NCBI GenBank assembly: GCA_019828565.1
Contig: JAHDYR010000007.1
Span: forward strand, 382,373 to 446,372
Direction: 5' to 3'
DNA length: 64,000 nt
Source of the DNA: Carpediemonas membranifera BICM
Lineage: Eukaryota; Protista; Fornicata
The position numbers and the translations under genes were made by a program. Positions 53,026 through 62,500 of this stretch are shown here, piece by piece (position 1 is the stretch's first letter; each line of letters begins with the position of its first letter). Below the pieces are notes generated by a model. The model had not been told where the DNA came from, ran no database searches, and saw nothing but the letters and a program-made list of their open reading frames with translations.

Positions 53026-53303
53026 CCTTGCTTGCGTGAAAAAAAAACGGCGCTTAAAATGCTCATGCGGGGATGCGTTGGTTTGGCAGGCCAGTTGCGG
53101 CCCGAATATCGATCTGCACAGCATGTACACGCAGTCTCCTAATTTTAGTTTTCCAAAAAATCATATTCGATGACCACAATCGAATCGATTTTCAATGCCT
53201 GGCCCGGCAAATTTGCCGGAAACGAGCCTCAGCGTCTCAGTCTTGCACTTAACCCGTGCGCATACAGAGCTATCTAATTTATTATACACGAAGCGACCCT
53301 ACC

Positions 53304-55058
53304 CTACTGCCCCATCAGCACATCAGCGGGGTTCAGCAGCCTGGCGTCCAGCAGCGCACGCTGGATCACCCTCGCAGCAGGGACCGGAAGCTTGAATGCT
53401 TCGACCCCCGCCCTGAACACCGCCCCGCTGATTGTCTGCCGAGGCAAGTCTGCCAGTCTCGGGACCCCCGTCGCATCAATCTGTGCCCAGTCGTACTTCC
53501 TGACAACGTTGAGCAGCTTGGTGCTTTGGTTCCTGACCTCCGGGGTATACCAGCTCGAGGTGCATGTGTCAACCTCCTCCAGACCCTTCTCACGTCGGTG
53601 GTGATTCAGGTATATGCCGATCAGCTGCTTGTTGAGCTTGACCGATGAAGTCATCGACTTAAGCTTCACGACCTGAGTAGGGTTGGCCTTGGACGAACGC
53701 TGGCAGACCTTGGCGAACTCGAGCACGACCGTCGTCATGAGCTCGTGTGCCAGCTGCGGGGGGAGTCGCATGCTGACGCTGATCACCTCCCCGTCCCCCT
53801 CAACCTGGCTCCGGTTCGTGGGAATCTGCTTTGGGTCGAGCGGCATGCACGACCGCATCATTTGATTGCCGGTGTAGAGATCGTCGTCGAGCAGAAAGGC
53901 CCACATGAACGCTATGCTCACTGCCCTGCGGGAGTTCAGGACCAGGAAGCTGGACGACGGCTGCCTCTCGATATAGCCCTGCACACGGAGCAGGTTTGCC
54001 CCTATGTCCGTCGCTTGGATGCTCTGCCGGCACTGTGACTGGCGCTCGGGCCCACACTTAACCATGCGGTGCACCAGTTGGATCGAGACAACCCGGTCGG
54101 CGAGGCTCTGGTCGAGTGGAGCGAGGCGCTGGACCCATAACAGGCGGGCATGGATGGCCACCTCGAAGAGTGTGATGTCGCCGGCCATGAATCTGGAGTG
54201 GTACGCCTCGTGAAGCTCGGCCGCGAACTCGAAGACAGCCTCGTTGACAGCGTCAACAAGGGCCGACTGGATCCTCATGCCCAGTTTCTTTTGCATGCAC
54301 TCGCAAAAACTGCGTCTAAACATATGTGTGACGAAGTTCTGTGTCATCCGGTTGTTCTTGTCAGAAGGCGTCAGCATGAGGAAGACGCGGTTCACATGGT
54401 CGACCAATGGCCATTCCGACCCGGAAAGCAGCTCGGCCAGGCTGGGAACGTAGTCGCTCGTCCAATCGTCGGTCAGACGCATCCGGGGCAGGGACGGCGT
54501 CTCGATGTCGAAGAGACCGCACTGCTCGAAGCGGTCGTAGATGAGGCGGTATATCTGGCCAATGGTGCGGTTCTGGGTGAGTCGGATCGAAGCTGTGGGT
54601 TGAGCACATGGCTTCTCCAATGCTTGGACGACGGGCTTGGGCTGGTGCGAAGTCGGCCTGGCAGGGACAAATGTCCCTCTAGGTGCCATTTGCGGTCCCG
54701 GGAGAGACGTTTGGTGGTGCTCAGCTGCCTTTCTGGGGGGCGGTTGCAGGTCTACCATCGTGACATCGCCGACTGTATTGGCCTGAAGATCACCAAAAGC
54801 CGTGAGAGGACCTCCCACGCCCCGGGGTATGACGTCGCTCCCCGTCGTGATGGTCGGTGGGGACGAGACATCGACCATGTTGACGAGGCCCTCCACTGAC
54901 GGGGATACGACCGAACCAATGGAGGATCCGATCGGCTGGATATAGCTGATGAGCTGTTCATAAGAGCTACCAAGTGGCTTATCCCAATCTTCGGGAGGAC
55001 CGCATATCTGTGGAGATTGCGGAGATGCTTGCGTAATAGGCTTGGCATATCCCGACAT
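53304..55058 (-). CDS. Hypothetical protein
   Basis: Long ORF with host codon usage; Pro/Ser-rich N-terminus and globular C-terminus. Confidence 0.7.
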   Translation of the reverse strand: MSGYAKPITQASPQSPQICGPPEDWDKPLGSSYEQLISYIQPIGSSIGSVVSPSVEGLVNMVDVSSPPTITTGSDVIPRGVGGPLTAFGDLQANTVGDVTMVDLQPPPRKAAEHHQTSLPGPQMAPRGTFVPARPTSHQPKPVVQALEKPCAQPTASIRLTQNRTIGQIYRLIYDRFEQCGLFDIETPSLPRMRLTDDWTSDYVPSLAELLSGSEWPLVDHVNRVFLMLTPSDKNNRMTQNFVTHMFRRSFCECMQKKLGMRIQSALVDAVNEAVFEFAAELHEAYHSRFMAGDITLFEVAIHARLLWVQRLAPLDQSLADRVVSIQLVHRMVKCGPERQSQCRQSIQATDIGANLLRVQGYIERQPSSSFLVLNSRRAVSIAFMWAFLLDDDLYTGNQMMRSCMPLDPKQIPTNRSQVEGDGEVISVSMRLPPQLAHELMTTVVLEFAKVCQRSSKANPTQVVKLKSMTSSVKLNKQLIGIYLNHHRREKGLEEVDTCTSSWYTPEVRNQSTKLLNVVRKYDWAQIDATGVPRLADLPRQTISGAVFRAGVEAFKLPVPAARVIQRALLDARLLNPADVLMGQ

Positions 55059-55398
55059 TGGAATGTTACATCCACAGGATGCCGATGATAAATCGTTTGT
55101 CTGAGCTTGATTGTCGTTCTCACTTTCAGAGCTCCGCATTGTCAGGAGAATAGTGGTTCGTTCGCGGCAGTGTGCAGTTTTCAAAGAAAGTCGGGAGGAT
55201 CTCGTGACCATAATCTTGAGGCACCATCAGTTGGTAATATCGGGTTGCCCATGCGGGGTTATGGTCTACGAGATCCAATTAAAGCTTTTCTCATATTTCG
55301 GTTGTCTTCCCCAAGAATGTACGAAATGCGAGGTCGAGTCAAGGAAATCACATATCTCGGTGTTCCGAGCCAGTATCCATGAATACAGTTCTTTAAGC

Positions 55399-58300
55399 TC
55401 ACTTGAGTTTCTCCGTGACCCCAAGGTCCACCCTCCGGGCGGGGTCGAACTCCCCGAGAATCTCCCGATCCTGCTCCGTTGTGCCACCCAGAAGCAGCCT
55501 GGCCGTCACCTCGCCCAGTCCGGGGGCCATCATGAAGCCGTGGCCGGAGAGCCCGACGATGTGGGCGAGCCCGTTGATGTGGCTGTCCCATCCGACGTAC
55601 GGGTTGCCGTCAGCCGACTGCGGGTAGAGCCCGCGCCACACCCGCCGGACGTGGATGGGGCCGAGGCGGGGCAGCAGGGTGAGCATGCGCTGGGCGACGG
55701 CAGGGAGGAAGGACGATGTCTCCTGGGTCGCCCAGCCCTTCACAGGCGGGTCGGGCGTGGCGCAGAAGACGACCTGCCCGCGGGAGTTCTGGTAGAAGTA
55801 GTAAGAAGACGTGCCAGTCTCGGGCGAGGGCGTGTTGTCGATGACCATGGGCGAGAACAGGCCCCCGTGGACGGGCTCAGTGATGCCGGCCTCGTGGGAG
55901 TCGGGGACCATCGCCAGCTGACACTCGTCGGGCAGGATGAGGTTGGCGTTGGCGCCCAGGCAGTTGACGACGACGGGGGCGAGGTAGCGCTCGTTGTTGG
56001 CGGTAAGAACACCGACGACGTGCTTCTCGTCGTCCACGAGGATCTTGGCGACGGGCGTGTTGAAGATGAACTCGACGCCCTCAGCTTCATTGGCCACGCG
56101 GTGGGCGCTGGCTGCGAAGAGCAGGGGAGAGCAGCTGCCGTCCGCGGGGGAGTAGAGCCCGCCGAGCAGCTTAGCCACCTTGATGCCGGGGACGAGGGCC
56201 TGCACCTCCTTGGGCGCGATGAACGCCGTATCGTACCCGTAGCTGGCGTGCACGGCGCTCAGGTCGCGCAGGGTCTGTTCCTGCTCGGGCGTGTACGCCA
56301 CGAAGAGGTAGCCGCCCTGCTTCCACTCGATGTCGTCCTGGGTCTCGAAGCGCCAGTTGCGGAACATCTCGAGGGAGCGTTGCATCACGTGCATCTTGGC
56401 CAGCGAGGACATGCAGCCGCGGACACCGCCGATGGCGTGCTTGACGTCGCCCTGGCCTGGGCCGGGGTTGATGTCGAGGACGGTAACCCTCTTCTTGCCC
56501 GTCCGCACGTCGTCAGACTTGGAGAGGGCGAGGGCCAGACCCAGACCGACTGCGCCAGCCCCGAGGATGACGATGTCCGAGGCGTTCGTCGTGACGGGCT
56601 GCGTCCGGTCGACATGGAGCCGCAGGGGGGAGAAGAGGTGGCTGTTGGCGGCCGGGGCGACGGGGTGGGCCTGGGCGGTGGCGAGGGTCGAGAAGGGGAC
56701 CTCGACGAACAGGGGCCGCATGGTGGCTGGGGTCACGCGGTCAAAGGGCATGCCCTCAGATGCGAAGATGCGGGGGAGCAACACGCGGCAGGTCTTCGAG
56801 CCGCAGGCACCCATCCCCGCGCGGGTGATGGCCTTGACGAAGTTCTGGTCCCAAATACCGGCCTCCTTGGCCGTCCGGATCGCGTCCCGGAGCTCGTGCA
56901 CGGTGACCCGCTCGCACCGGCAGACGATGGCCGTGTCCTCGAGCGGGACGACGGACGAGACGCCGCTGGACAGCAGCTGTTTGGGCGAGGTCACCCTGAG
57001 CGAGGCGACGGACGGGGCGAGCGTCTTGGGCACCTTAACCCGCACCAGTCTCGTTCCAGGCGCACCGGGGGCGGGCTGGACGCGCTGGACCTCCCAAAGA
57101 CCCTCGGCGTCGTCCGGGTTGGATACAAGATCGCCCAGATCGGACAAAAGCTGCACCCTCATGCCCGCGGACACCTCAGTGCCCTTGGACGCGGCGTTTG
57201 AGTCGGCGAAGAGCTCGTGCGCCATGATGACAGTTGGGCAGTCAGCATCCTTGCGGGAGTCCACCAGGGTGATGGCCAGCCCGGGACAGAGAGAGACGCA
57301 CTTGAGGCAGCCGCGGCACGCGTTCTTGAAACCTTGGTCCACCGCGTACATCGGGATGCCCATGAGGCTCTGGTTCTGAAGACCGATGCAGCCGTCGGGG
57401 CAGGAGCTCTCGCACGCGTTACATGCGATCTCCTGGTTGCAGTGGAAGTACGGCCGGATCGTCCCAGCCTCCACTGGCGGGTGGACCCTCGTGTGCGTCT
57501 TGCCTGGCCGGGACTTGAGCACCTGGATCTTCTCGGCCCAACCGCTGCTGTCGACTGAGGAGGTGTCGACCCCGAGGTGCTTGGCGATGTCGAGTGCTGA
57601 GCTGCGGCCGGTGAGCATCGCTGCAGACGCCTCGGCGATCTCGTTGGAGTCACCGGCGCTGAATACGGCCAGACCGTACTCCTTGGCCTTGCCAAAGAAC
57701 TCGTCGACTGGGGAGAGTCCGATGGCGACGAGCACGGCGTCCACGTCCACCGTCCGCTTCGTGTCCATCTTCACCTTCCAGTTGTCGTCGAGCTCTGCGA
57801 TGGTGGCCGACCGGACCCGCGACTCGGAGTCCTGGTCGTCAAGGGGGATGACTCCGTGGGAGTCCTGGTCGTTGGCCGCGACGATCGTGTGTCGCGTGAG
57901 GATGGGGACGCCCAGCCGCTTGATGCGGTCAGCGTGGACCTTGTAGCCGCCGATCGTCGGGGCGGCCTCGACGACGGCGACGACTTCGATGCCGGCCTGG
58001 AGGGCCTGGTAGGCTGTGATGATACCGACGTTGCCGCCGCCGATGATGAGGATGCGGCGGGCAAACCGGGTCAGGTCCCTGTTGACGAGGGTCTGGAAGC
58101 CACCAGCGCCGTAGATGCCGGGGAGCGAGTTGCCGGGGAAGACGAGCATCTTCTCACGGGCACCAGTGGCGACGAGAAGGGTCTTGGGCTTGATCAGCTG
58201 GTAGACGTGCTTCGAGTGGCCCATCTGGCGGGTCACGCCGACCACGCCGTCCGAGAAGACACCGACTGCGGTCGACTCGAGCCAGACCTTAACGTGCTCG

Positions 58301-58971
58301 CACTTGTCGAGGTCAGCCTGGAGGATCTCGGCAATGGTGAAGCCGCGGGTGCCGGCATATGTCTCCTGCTTGGTCCCGAAGAACTTGTGGGTCTGCAGGG
58401 CGAGCTTGCCGCCGATACGGTCCTTGTCGTCGATGAGGACGCACTCGACCCCGACCTCGTCGAGCTGGATGGCTGCGGAGACGCCCGCCGGGCCCCCGCC
58501 GATGATAAGCACGGGGACCTCGATGACCTCGGTCTTCTCGGCGGGCGGGGGCACCTGGTCAGAGAGGAGCGTGTTGCCCGAGACGACGCGCATGCCCTCC
58601 TCGAGAGGGGTCACGCAGGACTTGCGGACGACCCCGTCGATCATCACACGGCACTGGGAGCACTGGCCGTTAACACAGAAGGGGGCGAGGGCACTCTGAT
58701 CCTTGTGGTGCTTGCCGAGGATGTTGATGCCCTCCGCAAGGAGTGCCGTGGAAACAGCTTCGCCTTCAAAGCCCGTCATGGAGGTTCCATTGAAGGAAAA
58801 GGGTACTCTCTTCCGCTCGGCGGGCGGATTAACGACAGGATGGTGGGTGATTCGAAGAGAGTTGGCGGAATCAGACGCATCGAACGGCGAAAGCACATCC
58901 TCCAGATCAGGGATGGTAACTGGACGTCTAAGAGGCGTTTTGGGCGTCGTATCCGCGTTTTCGCAGGTCAT
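55399..58971 (-). CDS. Fused Fe-S flavoprotein amine/imino-acid dehydrogenase: [2Fe-2S] - FAD/NAD(P) oxidoreductase - 2x[4Fe-4S] - BFD-like [2Fe-2S] - DAO/sarcosine-oxidase-beta
   Basis: FCVNGQCSQC..KSC; IIGGGPAG; ATGARE; GGGNVG; CNACESSCP and CRGCLKCVSLCP; VCRCERV..GMGACGSKTC; ILGAGAVG..RVWRG..SGHGFMMAP; no introns. Confidence 0.9.
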   Translation of the reverse strand: MTCENADTTPKTPLRRPVTIPDLEDVLSPFDASDSANSLRITHHPVVNPPAERKRVPFSFNGTSMTGFEGEAVSTALLAEGINILGKHHKDQSALAPFCVNGQCSQCRVMIDGVVRKSCVTPLEEGMRVVSGNTLLSDQVPPPAEKTEVIEVPVLIIGGGPAGVSAAIQLDEVGVECVLIDDKDRIGGKLALQTHKFFGTKQETYAGTRGFTIAEILQADLDKCEHVKVWLESTAVGVFSDGVVGVTRQMGHSKHVYQLIKPKTLLVATGAREKMLVFPGNSLPGIYGAGGFQTLVNRDLTRFARRILIIGGGNVGIITAYQALQAGIEVVAVVEAAPTIGGYKVHADRIKRLGVPILTRHTIVAANDQDSHGVIPLDDQDSESRVRSATIAELDDNWKVKMDTKRTVDVDAVLVAIGLSPVDEFFGKAKEYGLAVFSAGDSNEIAEASAAMLTGRSSALDIAKHLGVDTSSVDSSGWAEKIQVLKSRPGKTHTRVHPPVEAGTIRPYFHCNQEIACNACESSCPDGCIGLQNQSLMGIPMYAVDQGFKNACRGCLKCVSLCPGLAITLVDSRKDADCPTVIMAHELFADSNAASKGTEVSAGMRVQLLSDLGDLVSNPDDAEGLWEVQRVQPAPGAPGTRLVRVKVPKTLAPSVASLRVTSPKQLLSSGVSSVVPLEDTAIVCRCERVTVHELRDAIRTAKEAGIWDQNFVKAITRAGMGACGSKTCRVLLPRIFASEGMPFDRVTPATMRPLFVEVPFSTLATAQAHPVAPAANSHLFSPLRLHVDRTQPVTTNASDIVILGAGAVGLGLALALSKSDDVRTGKKRVTVLDINPGPGQGDVKHAIGGVRGCMSSLAKMHVMQRSLEMFRNWRFETQDDIEWKQGGYLFVAYTPEQEQTLRDLSAVHASYGYDTAFIAPKEVQALVPGIKVAKLLGGLYSPADGSCSPLLFAASAHRVANEAEGVEFIFNTPVAKILVDDEKHVVGVLTANNERYLAPVVVNCLGANANLILPDECQLAMVPDSHEAGITEPVHGGLFSPMVIDNTPSPETGTSSYYFYQNSRGQVVFCATPDPPVKGWATQETSSFLPAVAQRMLTLLPRLGPIHVRRVWRGLYPQSADGNPYVGWDSHINGLAHIVGLSGHGFMMAPGLGEVTARLLLGGTTEQDREILGEFDPARRVDLGVTEKLK

Positions 58972-59031
58972 TTAGGATGAAATTCGTGTTAGAATGTGTT
59001 CTGTTCCCTGACGACCAAATGAGACCGATAG

Positions 59032-59050
59032 TGACACGATATTCGTGTCA
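59032..59050. promoter_or_regulatory. Palindrome TGACACGA-tat-TCGTGTCA
   Basis: Perfect 8-bp inverted repeat about 60 nt upstream of the dehydrogenase ATG; regulatory role is inferred. Confidence 0.4.
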
Positions 59051-59273
59051 GTGAACCTTTTCTGCGCCACATTACCATTCTATCCCATCTTTCTGAGCTT
59101 CACAGCATTGTAGTCGTCCAAAATCAATATGGACCCTTTCGTATCGCCCCGATAGATCCGAATCGCGATCGGTACTGACTCAATCCGCCCGGATATAGAC
59201 CGTCAAACATCACTGGCCGACCGTACTTCAGCTCCAGACTCCCCTGACCATTTCTTTCCCTTTTTCGTTGTTG

Positions 59274-59305
59274 ACCGTTGTTGACCGAGACCAGTCAACA
59301 ACGGT
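59274..59305. promoter_or_regulatory. 12-bp inverted repeat ACCGTTGTTGAC-N8-GTCAACAACGGT with an extra tandem half-site from 59266
   Basis: Read directly from the sequence; regulatory role is inferred. Confidence 0.4.
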
Positions 59306-59565
59306 GTGAAATCTGAAAGAGAAAAGATAAAGCTGAAAGCGAAGAAGTATGATAAAACCTACAGTTGTGAGCCTCACGAAAGTCCGTTTCCACCTGAACC
59401 GCGCCTGAATTCTCGGAATGTGAGATATTCCAGATTACCATCGCCACGTCAAGATGGCCGAAGACAGCCCTGGTCGATGCCTATGCGTGTCCAACAGCTC
59501 ATTGGAGCATCCCGTGGCGAGGCGCCACCCGACTTCACTGTCGAGTCCATCAGAACCCGATCCCA

Positions 59566-62500
59566 ATGCACGAGCTTAAGAACCTCGAAGAGTGCATAGC
59601 TCTCGCAGCAGAGCCGCTACCACCACCAGAAACGCCCCCGTTGCGTCCTGGTGTTACAGAGTTTGTTCCATCATCGACAAATGATTATTCAGCTATTCCC
59701 AAGAGACGAGGACTCTGTACGGAGACCTTATGGATGCTTGTGATGACCTCTTTGTACATATAGACAATCCATCGACAATCCAGACGAATATCGCTGAACT
59801 CACTGATTTCCTCGCATTCAACCCGGATGAACAAGCCGTGCAACACACCAGCAAGACCATCGAGACGCTGTTCGACCTCGGAAAGCTGCAGGTTGTTATC
59901 GATAAGTTCACCGAATATGGCCGGTGTGGAGCTGCGCTCGTCACGCCCACCGGTGCCATTATCGGTGAGCCGTCCCGACTCTCGACGCTGTGCACCAACT
60001 ACGTCCGCTCGACCGAGCTCGGCGGCAGTCGCTGTGCCGTGTCAGATCAGCAGTTCGGCTCCTTGTCCTTCGACAGGGCCACGTTTGGGCCCTGCCACAC
60101 TGGGGCGCTAACCGACGGCGGGGGCGTTATCCAGCTCAACGGGGTCCAGCTGGCGTCATTTCTCATTGGCGGCGTGGCTACATCCATGCCCAACGCTGAG
60201 AACACGAAGACCATGGTCCGCATGGCCCAAGATTTGGGCCAGGACTCTGTCGACGTCGTCAAGGCATTCAGGAGGGCCAGACGAATGAACATGGGCGAGC
60301 TGCAGACTCTGGGAGAGAGCCTCCATGTGGTGTGCAAGTTCCTGTCCCAGATGGCCGCGAAGAATTTCGCGGCGCGGCAAAAGGCGAGACTAACCCTGCT
60401 ATCCGAGGAACGACGACACCACAGCTCCAAGGGGATCCTCGCAGCGCTTGCCTCGACCACCGCTGCCCGCCTGTACCACGCCTTCTCTGACGCACAGGAT
60501 AGGCCGCGGTCGAAGGCGACCAACCTCCTCAGGACTCCAACCAACGTCCAGATCCTGCTGCTCCCCCTTGTGGCGGCGTGGACCCTGTTCTCGGCGGACA
60601 GCACTGTCTCCCCCGTGAAGAAGGCCTTCCTCGCCATTGTCGCACCCGCCTCGACCCGGTCGCTGCACGACCCTATCGCCACGGCGGTGTGCGCGCTGGT
60701 GGTCCTGGCGATGTATGGGGTGGCCCTCCTATCGTACCAGGCGGCCAAACGGGACTTGGTCGGCTATAGGGCGGTCGTACGCCGCGGGGCCCGCCTGATG
60801 TCCGTCGCCGTCTCCATGGCAGCGTCATTTACCATACTGGGCGTCTTGGGTCAGTCTTCCATCGGGCTACTGTTCGAGATCGACCAGATCGGGGCCCGGT
60901 CGGCCGTCGGTGTGATCTGGAACTACCTGGTCAGCTGTGCAGCGGCGGCCGCCTTGGTCGCGGCTCTGATATTCTTCGTATTCACCCGCGCCGTCGTGCC
61001 CTGCATGCCTCCCACGGCCCAGTCGGTCCACCTCGGCCCCACCATCGGCCTGCACGCGGGCATCTACCTTTCTTTCGCAGCGACGGGGGCGTCGATCGGC
61101 GCGGTTAGCTTCACGGACCTCGCGTCGGAGGAGTCTAGGTCCTTCGTGCTGTCCGCCCAGCTGACAGTGGCATTCATTGCCGCGGCCATTAGTCTTGTCA
61201 CAACGGTTATGGCGGTCTTCATGGTCCCAGATCGCAGCTTCCCGCACTACTTCAGCATTTATACGGGCGTGATAGCCTTTTCGAACGTCGTAATCTTCAT
61301 TGGCGCCATGTGCCGGTTCGTTGCATGGGGCGAGTTCGAGGTGCACCATTCAGTGGTCATCGTGACCGGCGTGGTCCTGTGTGTCGCGTGCTTTGTCACA
61401 ACCATGGCCCTCCGCACGGTGACGCTTGTCCGTGTCGCGTTCTTCGAGCATGCCGTCTTCCGAGTCATCGCGGGCACGGGTGATCATGACGAGGTCAGGG
61501 TCCCCAGCCTACTCTGGGCCGCACTGACTGGCGAGAAGCAGCGCCGGGCGTTCATCCATCAGTTCGCGACCACCCCCGTCTACACGATCAAGCACCCCGA
61601 CCTTGCAAACCTATCGCCCCTCGCGATCGAGGTCGGCAGCCGGTGCCTCATGTGGCCCGACCGCAAGCTCTTCGGCAAGGTTGGCTTCCCCCCTTTGGGA
61701 CGATACAACCTCCACACCACCGCTTCCAACCTCATGCGCCGGGCGTTCACGCTCTACGGGCCGAAGCGGACGGCCCCGCTGCAGCTGGCCATCGCCTACA
61801 CGGCTGCCATGATACCAGAGGCGATCGACAACACGCGACAGGATCTCGACGCCCTCAGTCAGAAGTTCCTCGACCCGCACCGCTTCACCCACCAGATGCT
61901 TCTCCACGGTATGGGTCAGTGCCTCGAGTACAGGCGCTACGTCGTCGCCCTTGACGGGGATGACCAGGCCGAGGCGTTCATCGCGATGCACGTGCTGCTC
62001 GACCGGGCGAGGGCGTACCACTTCCAAGCATTGGCGCAGATCAGCAAGTTCTGGCCCATGCTCCTGAGGAAGCAGCCCGATCTGCCGCTAATCGTCCACA
62101 ACGCCAAGCTCATCGCCATGTCGACTGAGCAGGCCGGCCGACTGTACAACCGCCTCGTCAGTCGTTACGGGGACAACCCGACCGTCCGCGAGTGGTACAT
62201 CCTGTTCCTCGACTCCGTCATGCAGGACCACAGCCGCGCCCAGCAGCTGCGGACCGAGCGCGAGGAGCAGAACCTGGCTGCGGCGTCGGAGGGCACGGGC
62301 TCGATGTCGAGTCTCGACGCCTCGTCCGTGGGGAAAGAGTCTGCCATCCTTGCGGCCGACCCCGAGACCCGCGGCACGGCCACCGACTGGGCGATTTTCC
62401 TCTCATTCGCCCTCAACGCCCTCCTGGTCGGCCTGTCCGTCCTTCTCGTCTTCGGCTGCGTCGAGTACACGCGTGGTAAGGTTGACCTGGTCAACAGTCT

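Noticed and set aside
55111-57201. Long antisense and alternate-frame ORFs (also 12626-13609, 16754-17764, 19905-21227, 41196-42512, 62165-63379 and others)
   Set aside because: Shadow ORFs caused by the high GC3 of well-supported genes on the other strand; no motifs
59454-59570. Frame changes at the 5' end of the PocR-TmcB-like gene as recoding
   Set aside because: They coincide with short G/C runs and cannot be separated from indel errors, so the start is left unresolved
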